DNA of 63,734 nucleotides, the filler included. It is 6 parts of 6 records of this genome, joined end to end, with 100 filler letters (N's around TTAATTAATTAA, not from the genome) between each part and the next. Parts side by side here need not be neighbours in the genome. Positions count along the whole stretch, not along the records: positions 56,324 to 63,734 come from DRR723986_5871; 5 more parts are not named here. One strand, 5' to 3'. Under the pieces are notes generated by a model, which saw only the letters and a list, made by a program, of their open reading frames with translations, had not been told where the DNA came from and ran no database searches. Below, piece by piece: positions 59,662 through 63,734 of the stretch (the first letter of the stretch is position 1; every line of letters starts with the position of its first letter). The position numbers and the translations under genes are program-made.

Positions 59662-61356
59662 TCACAGCGGCAATCCAACGACAAAACGGGCACCCAAAGG
59701 TTCAGAGCTGATATCGGCATCGGTCGGGCGAATATTTTCCGCCCAGATAACGCCGCCATGAGCCTCGACAATTTGCTTGGAAATTGCCAGCCCCAAGCCC
59801 GAATTATTGCCAAACTGGCCTTCCGGGCGCTCTGAGTAAAAGCGCTTGAATATTTTTTCCAACGCGCCTTCGGGAATGCCGGGCCCGGTGTCTTCGACCA
59901 CCACCAAAATGCGGTTTTCGCGCTGGCGGGCCCAAACGCGAATGGCGTCGCCCTCTTCGCAAAAGGAAATCGCGTTGGTGATCAGGTTCACAAACACCTG
60001 GGCCAACCGTGCCTCTAGCCCGTGGATCTGTATCGCATTTGGCGGCAGATCTGTAATGAAATCAATGCCCTGCTGCCTGGCTTGCTGGCCCAGGTATTCG
60101 CCCAGGTTGCCCAACATGCGGATCAGGTCAAAGGGCTCTTGTTCTTCTTTCACCAATTCACTGTCCAAACGGCTGGCATTCGAAATATCGCTAACCAGGC
60201 GATCCAGCCGGCGCACATCGTGTTCGATCACATCCAGCAAACGCAGGCGCTGTTCGTCGCGTTTGACCATACGCAGGCTGCCCACCGCCGAGCGCAGCGA
60301 GGCCAGCGGGTTTTTCAGCTCGTGCGCCACGTCTGCGGCAAATTGTTCGTTGCCATCGATGCGGTCGTAAAGCGCGGCCACCATGCCCCGCAATGCCCCC
60401 GACAGGCGGCCAATTTCATCGGGGCGTGCGGTTAGATCAGGAATGCGGATGCGCCCGCCAGCGTTTTTGCGGCGGTCGCGGTCGCGGCCCAATTCGGCCG
60501 CTTCGGCCAGATCGGAAATAGGGTTGGCGATGGTCGAGGCCAAGACAAGGCTGAGCACCACAGAGACCACTATGGCGATCAAGAACATGCGCAATACGCG
60601 CTCGCGTTCAAGCTTCACCAGCGCGTCGATCCCATGGCCCGCGCTGGCCAGCACCAGCACGCCAACCGCCTGCTGGCCTTGCATGATGGGGGCCGCCGCG
60701 GCCAATTGCGGGCCTGTGGTATCCAGCTGCACCTGCCCCCCCAACGCCGGACCAACCAGCGCCTGTGCCTGTGCCTGAGTATCAAATGGCAGGCCAGGCT
60801 GCGCGCCGCCCACCCATTGGGCCACGCCCGCCCAAAGCAGTGCCAAAGCATCCACAATCGGTGTGGCGGGCTGCGGGCTGGTATCGGGGCCTGCATCGGC
60901 GCCGGGCTGCATGGCCAAAAGGCTGGCACGCGGATCGAAAACATAGGCGGCAATGCCCGGGCGCAGCGGCAATGCCGCCAGGGTTTGGCCCACATCCAGC
61001 CCATCGCCCGCAGCCAGGCTGACGGGCACCGCGCTGGGCAATTGCACGGCAAAACTGCTGGCCGCCAATGCCGCCTCGCTTGCCAGCAGATCGGCGCGCT
61101 GCAGCGACACCGATTGCCGCGATGCATTGACAAACAAAATGCCCGCCACCAGCACATTCAGCGCGATCAGGTTGAACATGATAATCTTGCGCGCCAAGGG
61201 CGAGCGTTTGAGCGCAAAAAAGCCGCGCCGCGCCCGCCTGTCGCGCATTTCGCGCCCAAGGCCGGTATCGGGGGAAACAAAATCCTCGCCCAGCACCACA
61301 TCGCCATCACGCGCGGGGGGGGCAACCCCTGTATCCGCCCGTTCAACAAGCGCCAT
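59662..61356 (-). CDS. chvG: Sensor histidine kinase ChvG/ExoS
   Basis: Two TMs and HAMP; FAADVAHELKNPL; NLITNAISF; EDTGPG; SGLGLAI; synteny. Confidence 0.93.
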   Translation of the reverse strand: MALVERADTGVAPPARDGDVVLGEDFVSPDTGLGREMRDRRARRGFFALKRSPLARKIIMFNLIALNVLVAGILFVNASRQSVSLQRADLLASEAALAASSFAVQLPSAVPVSLAAGDGLDVGQTLAALPLRPGIAAYVFDPRASLLAMQPGADAGPDTSPQPATPIVDALALLWAGVAQWVGGAQPGLPFDTQAQAQALVGPALGGQVQLDTTGPQLAAAAPIMQGQQAVGVLVLASAGHGIDALVKLERERVLRMFLIAIVVSVVLSLVLASTIANPISDLAEAAELGRDRDRRKNAGGRIRIPDLTARPDEIGRLSGALRGMVAALYDRIDGNEQFAADVAHELKNPLASLRSAVGSLRMVKRDEQRLRLLDVIEHDVRRLDRLVSDISNASRLDSELVKEEQEPFDLIRMLGNLGEYLGQQARQQGIDFITDLPPNAIQIHGLEARLAQVFVNLITNAISFCEEGDAIRVWARQRENRILVVVEDTGPGIPEGALEKIFKRFYSERPEGQFGNNSGLGLAISKQIVEAHGGVIWAENIRPTDADISSEPLGARFVVGLPL

Positions 61357-61358
61357 GG

Positions 61359-62060
61359 TTATTCTTCGTTATAGCGATAGCCAATGCCGTATAACGTTTC
61401 GATGGCCGAAAAATCGTTATCAACGCTGCGCAGCTTTTTGCGCAACCGTTTGATATGGCTATCGATTGTGCGATCATCGACATATACTTGGTCGTCATAG
61501 GCCACATCCATCAGCTGATCGCGCGATTTCACAAAGCCCGGGCGTTGGGCCAAGGCCTGCAGCAGCAAAAATTCGGTCACGGTCAGTGACACGTCTTTGC
61601 CCTTCCAGGCCACGGCATGGCGCAGCGGATCCATCCGCAGGTTGCCGCGTTCGATGACTTTGGTTTCTTCGGTTTCGGCCACCAGATTGCCCGCCACCGC
61701 ATCCTGGCGGCGCAAAAGCGCGCGGATACGTTCCACCAGCAGGCGCTGGCTGAAGGGCTTTTTGACGTAATCATCCGCCCCCATGCGCAGGCCCAGCACC
61801 TCGTCGATCTCGTCATCTTTCGAGGTCAGGAAAATCACCGGCATCGTGGTTTTCTGGCGCAGGCGCTGCAGCAGGTCCATGCCATCCATGCGGGGCATTT
61901 TAATATCTAAAACCGCCATATCGGGCAGTTTTTTGTTGAACGCATCCAACGCCGACTGGCCATCGGTGAATGTTTCAACCTCGAACCCCTCGGCTTCGAG
62001 CGTCATGGAAACCGACGTCAGGATGTTGCGGTCATCATCCACCAGCGCAATTCGCGACAT
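61359..62060 (-). CDS. chvI: Response regulator ChvI
   Basis: [38 protein letters not shown]. Confidence 0.96.
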   Translation of the reverse strand: MSRIALVDDDRNILTSVSMTLEAEGFEVETFTDGQSALDAFNKKLPDMAVLDIKMPRMDGMDLLQRLRQKTTMPVIFLTSKDDEIDEVLGLRMGADDYVKKPFSQRLLVERIRALLRRQDAVAGNLVAETEETKVIERGNLRMDPLRHAVAWKGKDVSLTVTEFLLLQALAQRPGFVKSRDQLMDVAYDDQVYVDDRTIDSHIKRLRKKLRSVDNDFSAIETLYGIGYRYNEE

Positions 62061-62262
62061 TCACACACCTCATTACTCTTTAACACGAAACCGAATTCCT
62101 TAATTAATCCTTAATTTTCGTTTCTCAGGCAATGGCTAACTGACATTTTCAGGTGATTCTGCGCATAGGCGCGGCGAAATCCTGTGCCCGGGCGATATTT
62201 TGCCGCCCCTGCCCCACAGCCTGGCCAGATGCTTTGGTGAAAATCCGCCGCCCACCGGCGCC

Positions 62263-62294
62263 GTTTGCGCTAACCTGCGACTGGTTGCGCTAAC
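62263..62294. promoter_or_regulatory. Tandem LacI-type operators upstream of pckA
   Basis: GTTTGCGCTAAC (62263-62274) and GGTTGCGCTAAC (62283-62294), near matches to the palindrome GTTAGCGCTAAC. Confidence 0.6.
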
Positions 62295-62429
62295 TGCACA
62301 AATGCGCCTGTTCCTTCATGGAAACGTCATGTTAAGAGGCAGCCATCGGGTGTTGCGCCCGATCAGGGCAGGCCGGTGGCCCGCCCCGTTGCACAGAACC
62401 GCCGCATTGCGGCTACAGGAGCTTGGCAT

Positions 62430-63734
62430 ATGGCATTTGGACGGGTGAACCCGCAATTCCGGCTTGAGGATCAGGGGATCGATGGGCTGGGCAATGTCTA
62501 TTACAATCTTATGGAGCCCGCGCTGATCCAAGCCGCGCTCGAAAAAGGCGAAGGCACCTTGGGCCAAGGCGGCACATTCTTGGTGACCACCGGCAAATTC
62601 ACTGGCCGCTCGCCCAAAGATAAGCATGTGGTCAAAACCGCCAGCGTGGCCGATACGATTTGGTGGGAGAACAACCGCGCCATGAGCCCCGAGGGCTTTG
62701 ACGCGCTCTACGCCGACATGCTGGCCCATATGAAGGGCCGCGATTATTTCGTGCAAGATCTGGTTGGCGGCGCCGATCCGGCCTATGCGATCAACATGCG
62801 CATGGTTACAGAACTGGCCTGGCATAACCTGTTTATCCGCCACCTGCTGCGCCGCCCCGAACGCAGCGCGCTAGACAGCTTTACCGCCGATTTCACCGTC
62901 ATCAATTGCCCCAGCTTCAAAGCCGACCCCGAGCGCCACAATTGCCGTTCGGAAACCGTGATTGCGATGAATTTCGACAAAAAGCTGATTTTGATTGGCG
63001 GCACTGAATATGCCGGCGAAAACAAGAAATCGGTGTTCACGCTGCTGAACTACCTGCTGCCGGAAAAAGGCGTGATGCCGATGCATTGCTCGGCCAACCA
63101 CGCCATTGGCAACCCGGTAGATGCGGCTGTGTTCTTTGGCCTGTCGGGCACCGGCAAAACCACCCTTTCGGCAGATCCGTCGCGCACCTTGATTGGCGAT
63201 GACGAACATGGCTGGTCTGATCGCGGCACCTTTAACTTTGAAGGGGGCTGCTACGCCAAAACCATCAACCTGTCGGCCGAGGCCGAGCCGGAAATTTACG
63301 CCACAACCAGCAAGTTTGGCACCGTGATTGAAAACATGGTTTTCGATCCCGAAACCTTTGAGCTGGATTTCGAAGATTCCTCGCTGACCGAGAACATGCG
63401 CTGCGCTTACCCGCTAGACTATATCTCGAACGCGTCGGAAACGGCCCAAGGTGGCCACCCGAAAAACATCATTCTGCTGACCTGCGATGCCTATGGCGTG
63501 CTGCCGCCGATCTCGCGGTTGACGCCGGCGCAGGCGATGTATCACTTCTTGTCGGGCTTTACATCGAAAACCCCGGGCACCGAGCGCGGTGTGGTAGAAC
63601 CCGAGCCCACATTCTCGACCTGCTTTGGCGCCCCCTTCATGCCCCGCCGCCCCGAGGCCTATGGCAACCTGCTGCGCGAAAAAATCGCCAAGCATGGCGC
63701 CACATGCTGGCTGGTCAACACCGGCTGGACCGGC
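62430..63734 (+). CDS. pckA: Phosphoenolpyruvate carboxykinase (ATP), 3' truncated; not in the ORF track
   Basis: [59 protein letters not shown]. Confidence 0.97.
   Translation, partial: MAFGRVNPQFRLEDQGIDGLGNVYYNLMEPALIQAALEKGEGTLGQGGTFLVTTGKFTGRSPKDKHVVKTASVADTIWWENNRAMSPEGFDALYADMLAHMKGRDYFVQDLVGGADPAYAINMRMVTELAWHNLFIRHLLRRPERSALDSFTADFTVINCPSFKADPERHNCRSETVIAMNFDKKLILIGGTEYAGENKKSVFTLLNYLLPEKGVMPMHCSANHAIGNPVDAAVFFGLSGTGKTTLSADPSRTLIGDDEHGWSDRGTFNFEGGCYAKTINLSAEAEPEIYATTSKFGTVIENMVFDPETFELDFEDSSLTENMRCAYPLDYISNASETAQGGHPKNIILLTCDAYGVLPPISRLTPAQAMYHFLSGFTSKTPGTERGVVEPEPTFSTCFGAPFMPRRPEAYGNLLREKIAKHGATCWLVNTGWTG

Noticed and set aside
57573-63734. chvIG-hprK-rapZ-EIIA-HPr-pckA as a novel system
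   Set aside because: Well-known conserved alphaproteobacterial cluster

Overview
The window is not one locus. It is six unrelated contigs joined by 100-nt artificial linkers (44 N + TTAATTAATTAA + 44 N). Contig 1 (1-16705) looks FCB-group, possibly Kapabacteria-like. It holds a hairpin-rich 1-kb non-coding region, a 1904-aa putative T9SS-secreted hydrolase-like protein, a lipocalin-like protein, an SBBP/T9SS protein, an OmpA-family protein, an ECF sigma/anti-sigma pair, a Na/Ca antiporter and a dispersed intergenic hairpin repeat. Contig 2 (16806-24577, alphaproteobacterial) holds hisBHAF, hslVU, HIT, Trm112-like, Lon-N, cnoX/ybbN, a ProX-type deacylase and a tRNA-Gly fragment. Contig 3 (24678-32140, Rhodobacteraceae-like) holds a tRNA(CAT) fragment, purMN, rnd, sufE, sspB, chrA, tpiA and partial sufA/iscA. 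Contig 4 (32241-45783) holds a P460-family cytochrome, a SYLF fusion, DUF1254/1214, a YhaO/YhaN nuclease-ATPase pair and an uncharacterised LysR-enolase-MarR-DadA-TRAP catabolic cluster. Contig 5 (45884-56223) holds glmM, a coupled pair of hypothetical helical proteins bracketed by DNA direct repeats, rmlCBDA, an AEC transporter and an amidase. Contig 6 (56324-63734) holds partial guaD, an acyltransferase, the chvI-chvG-hprK-rapZ-EIIA-HPr cluster and partial pckA. The best candidate for an undescribed system is the two-gene STGP-motif module with the TCCCGAAACGAACCCAAAC repeat (47434-48838). Next are the contig-1 intergenic repeat family and a 125-nt structured element at 108-232. All family assignments come from motif recognition by eye; no searches were run.
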